Assembly: GCA_900768505.1 (NCBI GenBank)
Contig: CAAGED010000012.1
Coordinates: forward strand, 44,062-108,061
DNA length: 64,000 bases
Direction of reading: 5' to 3'
DNA from: Lentisphaeria bacterium
Lineage (GTDB): Bacteria; Verrucomicrobiota; Lentisphaeria; Victivallales; Victivallaceae
Shown: positions 1-15,000 of the stretch, one piece after another
Layout: every line of letters starts with the position of its first letter
How positions within the stretch are numbered: the stretch's first letter is position 1
Translations under genes and position numbers: made by a program
Notes under the pieces: model-generated
The model's database searches: none
What the model saw: only the letters and a program-made list of their open reading frames with translations
What the model was told of the DNA's origin: nothing

Positions 1-3000
1 CCCAAATCACGCAGGCCATAAACCAGGAAGCCGCGGGCATCGTAATTGGTGAGCGATGCACTCTGTATTGCATTAACCGCCGCAGATGCACTCTGCAACT
101 GCAAAGTATATACCCAGCCGCCATTATCACTGACCATATTCTGCGCGAACACGCTTTCTGCCGAAACACTGTTGTCGAAAGAACCGCCAGTGACCAAATT
201 AACGAAATTGGAGTTGTCGGCATCTTGAACAATTGAATTGATAATGTTGCTGTGACCATAATCAATGCCAAGCGCCTTGTTGTAGGCAATTGTAACATGC
301 TCTAAATTCATTTCAGCTTCGAAATGGAACGGAATCTTGTTGCCTTCGGCATCCAGAATATTTTCTGATACCGAATCGTAAGCCCAGTTGTTAATCGCCG
401 CATCACCGTTGTTGGCAATGGTCAAATTATAAGCATCCATTGTGCCCCAGTTGCTGATAGTGGCAACCTTGTCACCGGCTATTCCGCTGTCATGCCCGCT
501 GATTGTCACATTCTTCAACACTAAATAAGCATTGTAGTTCTGCAACTTCAACGTCGCCTTACCAGCCTCATCGGTGGATGCAACTTCAGAAATCAGCTTG
601 CCGTTGTAAATCGCACTGCCCTCTTCAACGGCCTTGTTGCCGATAAACGAAGTATCGACCGCAGTAATTGAACTGGAGTTGCCGACATTGTACAATGCAC
701 CGCCAAACGTTGCTTCGTTACCGCTGAAAATGCTCTTTTCAACCATTAAAGCAGCACCTTGGTCAACATACACTGCACCACCGTTGTCAGCGTGGGAGTC
801 GCGAATCGCCGTTTCACGCAAAATGAGCATCCCGCCCTGAGTGTAGATTGCGCCGCCATTGTCAGATTTGCCATTGGCCAGCGTCATCCCCTCGACAATC
901 ACGGTCAAATCAGAATGGAATTCCGTACTGATAACGAAAATCCTATCCGAACCGCCGCCGTCCAGCGTTAAATATTCCGCTCCAATACCTTTAAATGTAA
1001 CACTTTCGGTAATTACCAGCGCACCACTGACATTTATAACATAATTGTTACCGTAACCAAACACCGCCGGATCAAAGGTAATTACATCCGCACCCGCAAT
1101 CGCATTGGCCAAATCAAGTGCCCGGCGCAATGACCCCCAACCGAAATCCTTCGTATTGGTTACCACAAAGCCGTCCATTAATTTACCGGTCGCCGCGAAG
1201 GAGTATTGTCCGTTACCGTTCAATTCAGCCTTATACTGATGACCGTAATTGTCGCCGCTGACCCGGTCATAAACTTCCGCCATCTGCGGGTCGAACTTAT
1301 CATCCGCCGCATTGGTGTAACGCAATTCAACACCGTAAGTAGCCGCATCACCGCCGTTGGGGCCCTTAACCGTCAGCACATGCCATGCGCCAACTGAACT
1401 ACCCATCAATGACGGATCAAAGGTAATGTTAATTATGAAATTCTGCGCCTCGGTAGTCAAATTGCTCATCACAATTTCACTCCAGTAATTGTCGCCAGTG
1501 CCAAGAATTACCGAATGGCTGGTGCCGTTTGCCTTGTGAGACAAATTAATCCAACCAATATTTTCACTGCCTTCGGCCGCCTCACTCCAATTTGCACTCT
1601 CCGTTGCAACCATGAAGTAATGTCCGACACTGCCGTTCATGCCGGTAATGGCGCCGTTCAGCATCAGCTCATAGTTATCCAGCACAATCATCTTACCGGC
1701 ACTCTGAGTGAATTCAAACATTCCATTTACCGCTACACTGTCACCCAGTCGTTTGTCGCCATTGGAAATCTTCAAATTGTTATACGCAATATTGCTGCCG
1801 CCCAGTACCCGCTGCACATCCGCGCCAGTGGCCGAATAATGCATTGTACCCATTGCATTGTAACGCAATGCGCCAAGTTCAATTGTGGACTTGATTTCCA
1901 ATTCGTTATCAGCGGAGAAGAAGAGATCACCCTTTACCACCAAGCCGTTTTCAGCTACCTTGTCGCCGTTACCGCCGATTTCCAGGTGTCCATATTTCAA
2001 AGCATTTCCATCCTTGGTGGTGTCAATGTTGGAAACAATCTGCTTATTTCCAACATAGGCGACGGTACCAAATTCTCCAGTCAAATTGCCTTCGGCGTCC
2101 ACACTGTAGGAATTCAATTTCTCTACCAGCAGATTGGCATCATTACGCAATTCCAAGCGGCCATCATTAAGAACATTAAGCGTTGCCGCCTGAAGTGTGG
2201 CATCCGCATAAGCCATAGAATTGGCATCTACCGTCAACTGGTGATAATTCACCCGGTTTTCCAGCTTGCCATCGGCATCGTAACCCGGTACATTGTGATT
2301 GCCGAAAATCTGAATCTGCTGGTTGGTACCCGCATATACAATGTTACCGACATTATTGTGAATCAAATTTCCAAAAGAGAGCGGCTTCATATCACTGCCG
2401 TTCAAAATCAGCGTGACGTTCTGCTTTTCGGCAAAAGTCAAATCCGTGAAAGCATAAACCTGACCGTCAGCACTCTTACTTACCGCAGTCACCCCATCGG
2501 CGGAGGCCAGGGTCAACGCATAATATTCCACCTGGGTGTTAATTTGCTGATTCATGCCATTATAGGTGACAGTTACCTTATTGCGATCATAATAAGCAGT
2601 TTCAACAATCGGCTTATTGCAGGCAATAGAGAATTCAACCGAGGTAGCAGTAAATGCCCCTTCAATACCGAAATCTCCCTGCGCCAACTTCATCGTGCCG
2701 CCGCTCAATACCAAATTATAATAATTTAAAGCGTTAAAATACTGAGTAGAGGTGATCGGATAGCCAGCCGTCATGCCGAATTCTACCGTTCCGTGACCGG
2801 CGTCAAATTTATTAATATGAAGCGGCGCACTGATCTCTTTATACTCTGCGCCAACGCGCTCGGCATACAAACCATCGACCATCAGATAACCATTGTAATC
2901 CATCATCACATTTTGGGTGACAATGTTGCCCTTGCCGTCATAAGTAAATTCGCCGTTTTCGTCTAGGACCGGCTGTTCAACCGTTTCGGAGAACATCAAC

Positions 3001-6000
3001 GAATCAGCAATCACGCTATCGGCATTAACCCGTTCATTATTCTTAATCAACACGGTATTTTTAGCACGAATAACAGCCAACGACGAGACATCATTCAATA
3101 AATGAACATTATTCACTCCGCCATTGCCGCTGACAGTGATATTGTTGTAGGATGAATCCTTCCCCCAATCGGTAATGTACTGATCAGATGCTCCATTATA
3201 AACCACCGTTCCGGATCCACTGACAAAACTGCTGCCAACCATAACCCACCCGCTGCCGTTAAGTGTCAGCACGCCATTGGAATCAGCATAACTCTTAGTG
3301 GTGGTATTATATTCACCAAAGGCAATTTCGCCACCGGTTACGCCATCGGCCACATTGACATTCAAATTGTTGCCGATATATATGCCGACACTGGCGTTAA
3401 TCCGGTTGCTGACCGTCTTCTCAGCCATGTTGCTGCCGGAATTACTGAACGCAACGATGTAATAATTCAACCCGTTGATCACCTGATTGCCGCCATTGAA
3501 GTGAACAATACCGACTCCGGCAACGAACTCATTGGCAATAATAAAGTCACCGGCTACCTGCAAAATCGCATTACTGTCGCTTGAATCCGCCAAATTACGG
3601 AAATAAACATTGTCCGCCTGAACCGTTCCGGTTGTGGCTACTACTCCGTTTTCCAGGTAGAGATCGTTGGCAACATAAAGATTACCCAATGTGCTCTTGC
3701 CCGCCGCATCAAACAGCGCCGAACTCTTATTACCGCCGCGAAGCACCAAATTATTGTATGCCTGAGTTTCACCGAAATCAGTTACCAACTGGTCTGCGCT
3801 GCCATAATAAATCACCGTACCGTTTCCGGCAGTAAAATAAGCCGCATTCAAAGTGCCGCTAATCATCAATGTTCCGGCAGTGGCATTGCCGTCCGCATCA
3901 ACAAACACCAGGCCGCCATCTATAATCTGCGCATCATTAACCAGATAAGGAGTTACCGTCAACGCACCATCCACATCCAGTGTGGCGTCCGAAACAATAT
4001 TCACCCGATTGGCGGTAAGTGCAGCGTTGACAAAACTCTTAACACCACTGCCGTCAATGGTCAATATCGAATAAGTGAACTCCGGTGCCATAATCTGATC
4101 ACCGATACGACCGTAGATTATTTCAGAACCGCGCTCCAATATAAAGTTGGTCGCCGTCAAATCCGTGGCCCGTAAATCATCCGCACCCATAACTCCATTC
4201 AAACGTGCACTGCCGCCGGCTTTCACCGTCAACATATTGATCTGACTGCCGGCGGGATTGGCACTGTCGTATGTTCTGATGCCATCACTGAAAATAACAT
4301 GCGTATACATCAGCCGGCTAATATCGCCATCGCCGATTATCATTTCATTTGCCACGATAGCCTGATCAAACAACTTAGTGGAACCGCCAAGCAGCGTCAA
4401 ATCATAATATTTCAAATTGGCAATCTGCTGAGTTTCAGCTGCAGCATCACCGCTGTAAATAAACTTTCCGGCACCACTTTGGAAGAAACCGTTTACCTTG
4501 AAAGCATAACCATCAACACTGCCGTTTTTCCCAACTAAAGTATCATTGATTCCGGTAATTTCCACTACGCTGTTGCCGGGAGTGACGCCATCATGGTTCA
4601 AAACCAGGAACGAATCATTGACTGCCGCCGACTTTACCTTGAGATAAACATTCTCATAAACCGAAATCTTCTGCGCACTGATGTCGGAATCGCTCTGCTT
4701 TGTGACCATGCCGCTCAGTCCACTGCCGTTAATAAATTCCACATTGTAGTAATTTCCGGCAATAATCTGCTGATCCGCGCCAACATAACGGATTGTTCCC
4801 AAACCGGCGTCAAAGGTTCCACCCATCAGGAAGTCACCGCCAACCGAGAGAATCATTTCAGAATTTTTCCCGAATGTCACATCACCGTTCACGCCCAACT
4901 TGCCGGATACATCAACCCGCCCGTTGTGCTGTAAAATCAGATCCCCGCCAACTTGCAACTCACCCGGCAATGCAAATGAAAATTCATCGGTTGCCTCAGC
5001 TCCAACAACCTTCATATTGCCGTTTACCAGCAAATCCTGATCCGTAACTTCACCGCGATAATTCTTGATTACCTCAAGACTCTTGACGCCTTTGCCGGAA
5101 ATCTCCAAATTATTGTAATCAATATTAAGAATAACCCGATCTTCTGCACTGTTATAAACAATTGTGGAATTATCACCTAATTCATAACCATAATTGACAT
5201 TATAGTTAGGATCACTGATCACCGTTACTTTCGGTAATACCAAATTACCGCCAAGTTCCAGCACTGAATCGCCGCTCATTGATAACTTGCCATTTACCTG
5301 CACATCCTTGGCCGTCAACAGTTGTCCGCCGTCAATCAGCTTCAACTCATTGCTTACTGTCAAATTCTTCGTTGCACTGCCCTGCTTGATGCCGGACATT
5401 CCACCAATTGTCAAATTATAATAAGCTACATCGTATACTGTCTGATCGCCATTATAGATGTATTCCACCAGGTTTTCACCCTTGGATACCGTAAGCGAAA
5501 TAACATTGCCCTTATACTCACCCTCGCGATTGACCAATTTGTCATCGCTGGTGCTGATTGTAAGAGTAGCCCCCGTCATCTGCTTGATTGAGAGCGTATT
5601 GCTCAAACCGCCGTTAATCGTCAATGATCCATAGTTGGAAATCGAATTGCCGTAAGTATTCAACATACCATTGACCGTCAATACCGCTCCGGCATTCAGT
5701 GCGATAAAGGCCGAAACATCATTATCCGCCGGCATATCATTAACCGTCAAACTGCCGCCGGCATTCAAAACCACCCGGTGATTTTGGGAAGTTTCCCACG
5801 CCGAACTGATATTGACACCATGCGCGCCATTCTGAATTACATAACGATTATCCAAAGTATCATCGACAAACTTGTCACTGGTCAGATCATATACTTTCTG
5901 TCCGTTTTCAATCCGATACCAATTTCCTCCCACCGTCACATCAACATTATCGCCGGTTTCCAAATAATAGACCACATCGTTACGCTGATACGCACCGATC

Positions 6001-9000
6001 GTAATCGGTTTAACACGATTTCTGCCGCGCTGATCCACCAAAACTCCGGAATTTTCATCCGCTGCGCCAATCAAAATACTGTTTTCATCCACAAATACCG
6101 TCAGCGTCTTGCCGCCATTATCCTTGGCCTCAAAATCCAGCTTGAGCTGATCCAGCGTAAATTCGCTGTCAGTCGGATTAATCACCACCAGGAAGCGGTT
6201 ATGCGCCCCAAACGGAGCAAACGTGCCGTCTGCCATCTCAATGATGCCCAGAGCATTATAGTCAGAGCTATAATCGAAAGTGGCAGTTGCTCCTAAATAA
6301 AGATCATTTGAAGCAAAATATTTATCTTCCCAAGTTGCATCGTTGGCCATCGCTTTGCGGTAGTTCTGAACCAGTACCGAATTACTCATCAGCAAATTGC
6401 CGCTGTTCATAAACAAACCGCCGCCGAAACGTCCCACGTTATTGGCAATTGTAGCAAAACTCAACACCAACCGACCTCCAGCCTTGGCATAATAAATACC
6501 GCCGCCGCTGCTCACCGCCACGTTGTTGCTGATTGTAACGTTTTCCATATCCGTAACAGCATTCAAATAAAGCGCACCGCCATTGGTACCGGCTGAATTA
6601 TTCACAAACGCCGACTGATTGATCTCTAGTTTATTGGTATTTGCATACATTGCGCCGCCGCCCTTGGAGGCGTTGCTGTCAGAAACAACCACCTTATCCA
6701 ATGCCACATTGCCGCCGATCAGCATTAACGAACCGCCGCTTACCGCCACGTTGTTGGTAAAGGTTGAATTTGTGATTGTCACATTATTGGAACTCTTGGC
6801 CGATACATAAATCGCACCGCCGCCCATGTTGGTATCCTGACTGGTCTGCTCAGTGCCGCTGTTGCTGACATTCACATTTTCAAACACAAAATCAGCCACA
6901 TCGCCACGCACAAAGACCGCACCGCCCTGACCGCCGCGGGCAAACGCCGTATCAATATCCACATTTTGCAATTTAAATTCATTGGCATTGTTGACATAAA
7001 TTGCTCCGCCATTGCCTTCGGAGGAGACATTGTCAAATTTTGCATTGGTCAAAATCAATTTATTGCCGACATAAAGTGCACCGCCGTTACGTCCGGCGCT
7101 GGTATTGGTAATTAAAAGGTTGTCGACCACAAATTTACTGCTCTGTCCAGCCAAATAAATCGCACCGCCGGCGCCAAAAGCCTTGGAATTAATTATTTCC
7201 AAATTATTGATCGTCAAATCACCCTTAATGTAGATTGCACCGCCGGCACCTTCGAAATTAGCACTTCCATCAGTCATGGTGTTCTGAAGGCGAATCATTC
7301 CATCCGCCTTGCCGTCGCCATTACTGTCAAGAACCAGCAAATTCACCTTCAAATCACGGTTGCTGGCCACCTCGAACTCATTGGAATCCATAATAAAGGC
7401 ACGACTTAATCCCTTGGCGTCAATATTGAGCACCAAGCCATCCTCGGCAGTAAGATTGAAATTAAGACTGTTGAAAATACGCAATGCACCGTCAACCAGT
7501 TCAAAATTCACATTTCCATCCGCATCGGCATGCTCCCGGCTTATGGTCATATCCACCGTTGCACCCTCATCCGCTAAATACAACGCATTGCGTAAATTGG
7601 CATTCCAACCACTCTGCCGGTTGGCAAAATCAAATCCGATATCCCGGGAAGCCACACTGCCACTGCCGCTGAGAGCCACATCTGCCTGCTCGCCAGTAGT
7701 GGCAATATAAGTCAACATCTCATACGCACCGATCGTATTACGCAGCTGATTTACACCATCCACATAAATGCCACGCTGATCAAAGGTTGGTTTACCGGTG
7801 TAATCTCCGTTACCGATCGCCACACTGCCGCTGCCCAGACGATATGACTGCGTTTTACCGCCATTGTACTTAAGGTAGGTTGACATCAAAAGGTTTTCAA
7901 CAATACCGGTACCTTGCGCACCAAAAATCATATTCTGATAACGCGTATCAATCGCATCACTGCGATAATTACCAAAAATGTTGTTCTTGCCAATCAAGTT
8001 ATTCGACTGACGCAAAACCGCATCTTCAACGTAAATGTCACGCCGGACGTTGGCCGGATCATTTTCCACATAATTTTCTGCAAAAATCGAATTACTTATG
8101 GAGAGGCTGCCGCTGACAAACCATGCAGCATAACTGAATTCGTTCGGATATTCCAAATTTCTTCCGACTTCGTTGTAGGCTACCGTCACGCCATCCAAAA
8201 TAGTATTGGATAATACACCTTCCGATACAATGGCCGAACCATTGTACAATGAATATTGATAGCCTGCGTGGTTTTCTTGAAAATGGATCTGCCGGTTGTT
8301 GGTAATTGTCGAGGCAACCATTGTCAATGAACCTCTATTGTAAATACCACCGCCTAATCCACTTATAATTGAGGATACTTTTGAAGCATCGACCAGATTT
8401 CCGTCAATAGTTGAACGGTAAATCTCCATTTTGCCGTCGGCACTGTTATAAATACCGCCGCCAAGTCCTCGTGCCCGGTCATAGTTCGCCTCAAGAACAA
8501 CCTGATTATTTTTGACCGTGCTGTCGTACATGTAGAGAGTACCGCCGCCATTATAAATACCGCCACCCCAAGCGCTTCCAGTAGTTCTATCATCACTTGC
8601 CACAGAATCTTTGATCAAATTATTATTCAAGGAAACTGTCACCGCAGCAGGACAATCAATATTTAAATTATTGTCCAGATCGCGCACATTGCCACTTGAA
8701 ATGTATAAGCCGCCGCCGTTATTGGAAGTCGAACTGGTTGCCCTGCCATTAGTAATTGTGATATTGTTAATTGAAGCAACAACATCGGCATTCACTCGAT
8801 CAATACCGGATACAATCAACAGGCCGCTTTGGGCGCCATTGCCATCCAAAACAATCCGATTGGCGGAATCCTGCGCCAAATAGGTATTGTCAAACTCAAA
8901 AAAGTGATTTTTGTCATCATAACGCTCGGCTTCTGTCAAATTGCCGACGTTTCCACCACCGATTACAATATCTTTCCGGATAAAATAGCTGTTTTTATCC

Positions 9001-12000
9001 AAATCATTAGTGATCGTGGTTTTTCCGGAATCAATCATAGTATCGGAGAATTTGACATAACGGTCAACATCAAAATTGCTTTCAAGACGTTTTCCGGTTT
9101 CCAGCAAAATACCATAATCAATACCCGACATGGTGTAATTATCCAGCCAGTAAATCGCCTCCTGCAAACTTACCCCGTCAGTAAACATTCGATCTGCAAA
9201 AGTCAGTGCACTGTCGTCGCTTGTAACGTTCTGTAAAATCTTATCGCTGAACCCATTGTGATTACTGGTCACCGTCAGGTAATAATTCGGCTCAACCGCA
9301 CCTATGGAAACTCGTCCACTGAACTCGCCGGACAATTCCTTTACATTCTCCACCCGCTCGTCAATACAACCGTTGCTCTTGAAAATATATACTTCACCAT
9401 CCGCTTTGGTGAACTTGTCGCCATCCTGCAACTTGGTACGAATTCCATCGCTGTCCACCGAATACCAGAGGCGCTCGCTGAAATTATATTCCAAACTCAT
9501 TCCAGGAGAGACCACAATCCGGCCATTTTCATCCGGCTGAACATTGTCGCCTTGCGCATTCTGAATTACATCCCGGGTCACAATTTCATACCGCATTGAG
9601 CCGTCAGTCATCACCAGACCACGTAATACCTGGGCCCGACCATTATATGCCGAAATATCGCCGCCATCCAAAATCAATACATTATTATTACCGTCGACCC
9701 ACTTGGTGCCGTCGAAAGTAAATGTTTGAGTGACGCCGCTGGCGGAGTTAGTAAATTTAATTTCACTGCCGTCTGCTGATACCTGGTCAAAATTGTAATA
9801 ATTGCCATCAACATCACGGACGCTCTGATTCAATTCGTAGTGATATTCAATGCCGTTCAAATCGGTAACCGACACCTGCCCGTTAATCCAGGTTGTCGAG
9901 AAGTTGCCTTCCGCATCCATGGTAGTGTGCTGCCACTTGCCATGCACCTGATTCCACTGATAAAAATCGGTGACATTGCCGAACTCATCCACAGCAACAT
10001 CAATCTTGTTACCCTGGAACACTTTGCCGTCTTCGGTAAAGAAAAGATCCTGATTTATAATATTACGGGTGATTGTCCCATCTTCACGGGCAATGACCTC
10101 CATCCAGCATTTGGCTACATAGTCGATATTAACAACTCTGCCATCCTGGGTTTGAACCTCATAGCTCATGCCATCTTTCAAAACCTCGCCCTGACTCATC
10201 TCGTTGCCGTCAGCATCAATTTTGAAATACTCCCAGTTGCGTGTCTTGTCGTTGTACTGATACTTGCCAACCCGATCATTATTACCGGTAAGCTCGTTCA
10301 TTTCATAACGATAGAAAATATCATTTGCATTGCTGGCCACGCCATCGACATAGATTATACTCTGCTGCTCGGTGTACTTGTAAACAACAATGTATTTACC
10401 CTCAGCGGTAACTTCGGCACCCTTGACATTGACGTCACGGGAAACCTCCACCAACTCACCCTTGGTAATATTGCCGGACATGTCGCGGTCTTTAATGTCC
10501 GCGCTGTAAGTGTAAGTAACCAAATCCACCATTCCGGTAATTTCATTCCGCTCATATCGCTGGAAATACATCTCAATACCGGTACGGATGTTACCATTCT
10601 GATCATAGAAGGTGGAATCATCCATCTCTCCGGGACGAACTTCCACTCCATTCAATTTGTAATGGTAGGCAATACTGTCCTTGGAGGTCAAAGCCAAACT
10701 CTGTGTATTTTGCGCTCCATGATAAAGCGAACGGGAATCAAGATAAAGATTGGTGCGGATGAAGCCACGCGCGGTTTCGTCATAACCGACCAAGTTGCCA
10801 TTACTGGTCAACACCTTTCCCTTATTGGTAAACTCATTGCCGTTATAATATGACTGAATCTCAATATAGTTTCCGGCAACGTCACTTCCCCAAATCAAGT
10901 TATTCAACTGCTTCTGGGTGCCTTGGAAACCATTTATTGCCTGACTGCTGCTACTGAGCAGATTTTCAAACACATTGTGATGACTGCTTCGAACCGTAAC
11001 CCCGTTGACTCCGTTATTCAGCACGATCATATTATATGCCACAATACTGTTGCTGATATTGAGCGTGCCGTTGTCAAGCTGCAAACCGACACCGCCATAA
11101 ATTGTTTCAGGGTTATTCGTTCTGGTGTAGGCATAGGCAATCGTGGAAAAATTAATAGTCAAACCATTAACCGTATCCGTGAGATTTTTTACCATCAAAT
11201 TGACGTAGTTGTGACTGAATGTGGAGTTAACCACATACATGCTGGCCGCATTTTTTACATAAGCACCATAGCTCAAAAATGCAGTGCTGCTCAATGCTGA
11301 ATGCTCATTGTCAAAACTGCTGCTGTCCAATCTGATTTCCGCCTTAAGCGCATCCACATAGAGCGACGCACCGGAGTTATAGAGAAAATCAGTATTGAAA
11401 ATTTCAATCTTTGTGGTGGTGCGCCGAGCCGATTTATCGGCCAAAACAGTGATGCCGCCATGTATATATTCATCAAGTCTCACATCGCCGCCCAGCCGAT
11501 TGTCAGACACACGCATATTCGTCATGCTAATCGTTCCGACATTCAAAAAATATGCCGCTCCGCCAGTGGCTAAACCATCGTTTGACGCCTTAATATCAAT
11601 GCCTAAACTTTGACCGGCGCGGTTGTCGCCAAACCCTAACTTTTTACCGGTAAAATTATCAACCTCTTTTATGTACAACCCGCCGCCATCGCCAAAGGCG
11701 GAATTGCCATTCATACTTGCAATCGTCCCTGAACTACCGAAATTAACAGAAGAAAAAACAACATTGCGGAAATTAAAGATATATGCACCGCCACCCGAAC
11801 CCAAAGTGGCGTTTTTAATGAAATCAACAAGATTCAATGTAAGATCGGCCATGTTGACATCGTCTACCGTATTGCCATAAATATATAATCCACCGCCGTT
11901 TCCAAAGGACTGATTTTCTAAGAATGTGCTCATGATATTAGCTGAAGTTACAACATTGCCGATATAGGCTCCGCCGCCCATTCCCAAAACAGAACGATTG

Positions 12001-15000
12001 TCATCGAAATTACCTTTAAGGTCAATAACGGCTGTATTAAGCATATAAATGCCGCCGCCGTCATGGATGGCAATATTGTCAGCCACATGCAAATTACCAG
12101 CAAACTTTGCTCCGCCTATCATATTCAGCGCCGCGCCGCTTCCCAATACATAATTGTCGGTAAATGAAGCTGCTATATCAATATTAGTTGTGTCATCACC
12201 GAGAATATAGAGGCCGGCCGCATCATTAGTGGCATAATTTTTTTCAAAAACCAAACCACCACCAGTTAAATTCAAATTCTGCACATACATGCCGCCGCCA
12301 TCGTGAGCATAGTTGGCAAAGAATGTAACATCTTTCGCCGAAACACTGGTTCCGCTGGCATAAATACCGCCGCCGACATTGGCGCGGTTGTTGACAAATG
12401 ATGATCCGTTCACCGATAAATTCATGGTGCTGTAAACCGCACCTCCGGCATTTTGCGCAAATGAATTTTGACCGGTAATATTCGTTAATGTCAAATTGCC
12501 GGAACTGGCGATTAAACCGCCGCCGTCACTGCCCAATACCGAGGTTTTCATAGCCACACCATTCATCAATATCAGGTTGGTCAATGAAACCACCGCCGAT
12601 TCCGACGTAATATTAAATACACGCCCCAATCTGTTGGCATCGAAATAGGTAAGCACATTACCGGAAGTATCCACACCGCCGGTAATATTGATTTTGCCGT
12701 CCAGACGAATGTTTCGATCGGTAATTCTGGTATTGGCCAAGGTGATCTCAAATACACCATCAGTAGCCGCTTCAGGGCGCGCCAGCAACGCTGCAATGCT
12801 GGAATACCCCTTGCCGTTGGCATATGCATAATTTCCACCGGCCTCAAATGCGCCAATATCACGATAACCGTTGGCTACACCATAACCACGCTGGTCAGTG
12901 CCGGTAGTCTGGTCATATACACCATCAAACGCCGCACTGTCAAACCATGCCGCACCGCGAATTGACAAAGTCTTGGTCCAACCGCCGAAATCCGCCAATA
13001 CACCATTAAAAAACACCAATGGTTTAGCAGTGGCAAAGGATTCTCCAAGTGTCGGCATAGTAAAATAATTATACTTGGTGACCCGGGTAGTCTCTGAGAT
13101 GGATCCGTTAAAGGAATTCGTTGTCTCATATACATTGTAATCATCCAGATTGAGCTTGGTATTACCAATAACCTGATCATTCCAATTTACAGAACCAGAA
13201 GAGTAGTTTTTCCCGACTATCGACGATTTATAAATGCGTTCACCATCGGAGTCATACTTTCTCTCAACTCCTAACCCGGCTCCGCCCTCAATGACACCGC
13301 CGAAAACCTTTACAACTAAATTATCCTTCAGGGTATAAAATTCCTGATAATGTCCCAGTGCTACGTTATAGGCAATTGTCGAACCAGTCACATTATAACT
13401 CAACGCCAATGCCCCGCCGGCTCCGGCAATGTTGTAGGCCAAAGTGGAATTGCTGATTTCAGCCCCGCCGGACGACGCAATGGCACCGCCCATCCCCTTG
13501 GCATAATTCCCATAAAAAGACGAATTATTTACAACAATACTGTATGATCCTAAATCCTTTTCCGGAATCGTCTCGATTCCCATACCGCTGCCATAATCAT
13601 ATCTGGCAAATACATAATCACTTACAGCGCCACCGTCGTCATTTACTTCCATAACTCCGCCCACATGACTCATGGTCGTATCGAAGAAAGCTACCTTAAA
13701 ATTATACAGTGTCTCACCTTTTTCAGTTGTACTGACGACGGAACGAACATCTGCGCCATAGTGTACATTGCCGCCATCTTCGTCAGTTAGTTGATTATAG
13801 CCGATTTCAAGGTGATAATCTGCTCCGACAATCTTCTCGGAAATAGAATAAACATTAAGCTTGGCAGTGCCGCCTAATGCCATACTGTTAGTAACAGTAA
13901 CTTCATTCAACGAAAGTTGAGCGTTTGCAACTCCATCTGAGTAAGCATACTTCACATTCTCAAAATAGCCATGCTGGAGTGAGGATGACAGTATATATTG
14001 GTAAATGGTAGAACGATCTGCCGAAATTGCGCTGCCCAGGGAATCTCTCAGCGTCATCCGGTCAAATGAAATATTTCCGCCTTTTATCGACAAACTACCT
14101 ATGTAGTTAAGCGCTGGAATACCATCTTCACTCAATGCGGCAGAATCATTATCAACCGTCAACGTTCCTTCATATTTCACTGAACCGCTGTAGGTAAAAA
14201 TTGCATGATCCAAACCACCGGAAATGACGGTGCCGCCATCTCTCGCCCCAAAGAACGAAATCGTAATATCCTGATGTTCCCAATCACTGTTATTATTTAT
14301 GCCTTTTAAATATGAAGTTTGTATATCATAGGTGCGCTCAGTAAGAATTCTGGTGCTGTTCAGATATATATTAACCGACTTAATCCCGTCTCTGACATAT
14401 TCTTTTCCGTCGGTATAGGCAAAACCATTGGTATTTTCCGGTTTCACTCCGGTTTCCGGATTCCATTCCGGCTCCAGGATTTCAAAGCTGGAGAAATAGT
14501 TTTTGCCGGTTCCGCCGTTTACGGTGTAATACCCGATATAACCGCCGCGCTCAACTGCGCCGATATCTCTTGCAGTTCCGGCGCCGATTCGATCATAACT
14601 GGCAAGATTTTCATTATTCACGGCAACAAATTGATAACCGCGTTGATCGAATCCATCGTTACCGGTAACAATACCCCCATCCACCGCCAGACTGTTCGCC
14701 GACAACATCAATGTGTATTGATAACCGCCATTATCTTTGAGCCGTGAATCCTCAAAATTGCCGTTGAATATGTATTTATCCGTTTCCTCGTCATACAGAT
14801 AAGTGGTCTCAAATATTGAATTGAAGGTGATAAAATCGCCACTGATATTATATTTTGCAGATTGAGGTGCCTGACCGGAAACATCGTCATGATCAATCAA
14901 ATTTCCGTTTTTAAGCAAATAATTTTCTGTAATCAACGTATTGAGCAGATAGGCCGTAACATTATTGTTGTAAACTGCACCTTTTCCCACGGTCGACACG

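Noticed and set aside
1515-2729. 404-aa plus-strand ORF (and the similar 337-aa ORF at 9840..10853, 172-aa at 5778..6296, etc.)
   Set aside because: I/Q/N/V-rich low-complexity translations typical of the antisense strand of a repeat-rich gene, with no SD. They are fully embedded in the giant minus-strand ORF.
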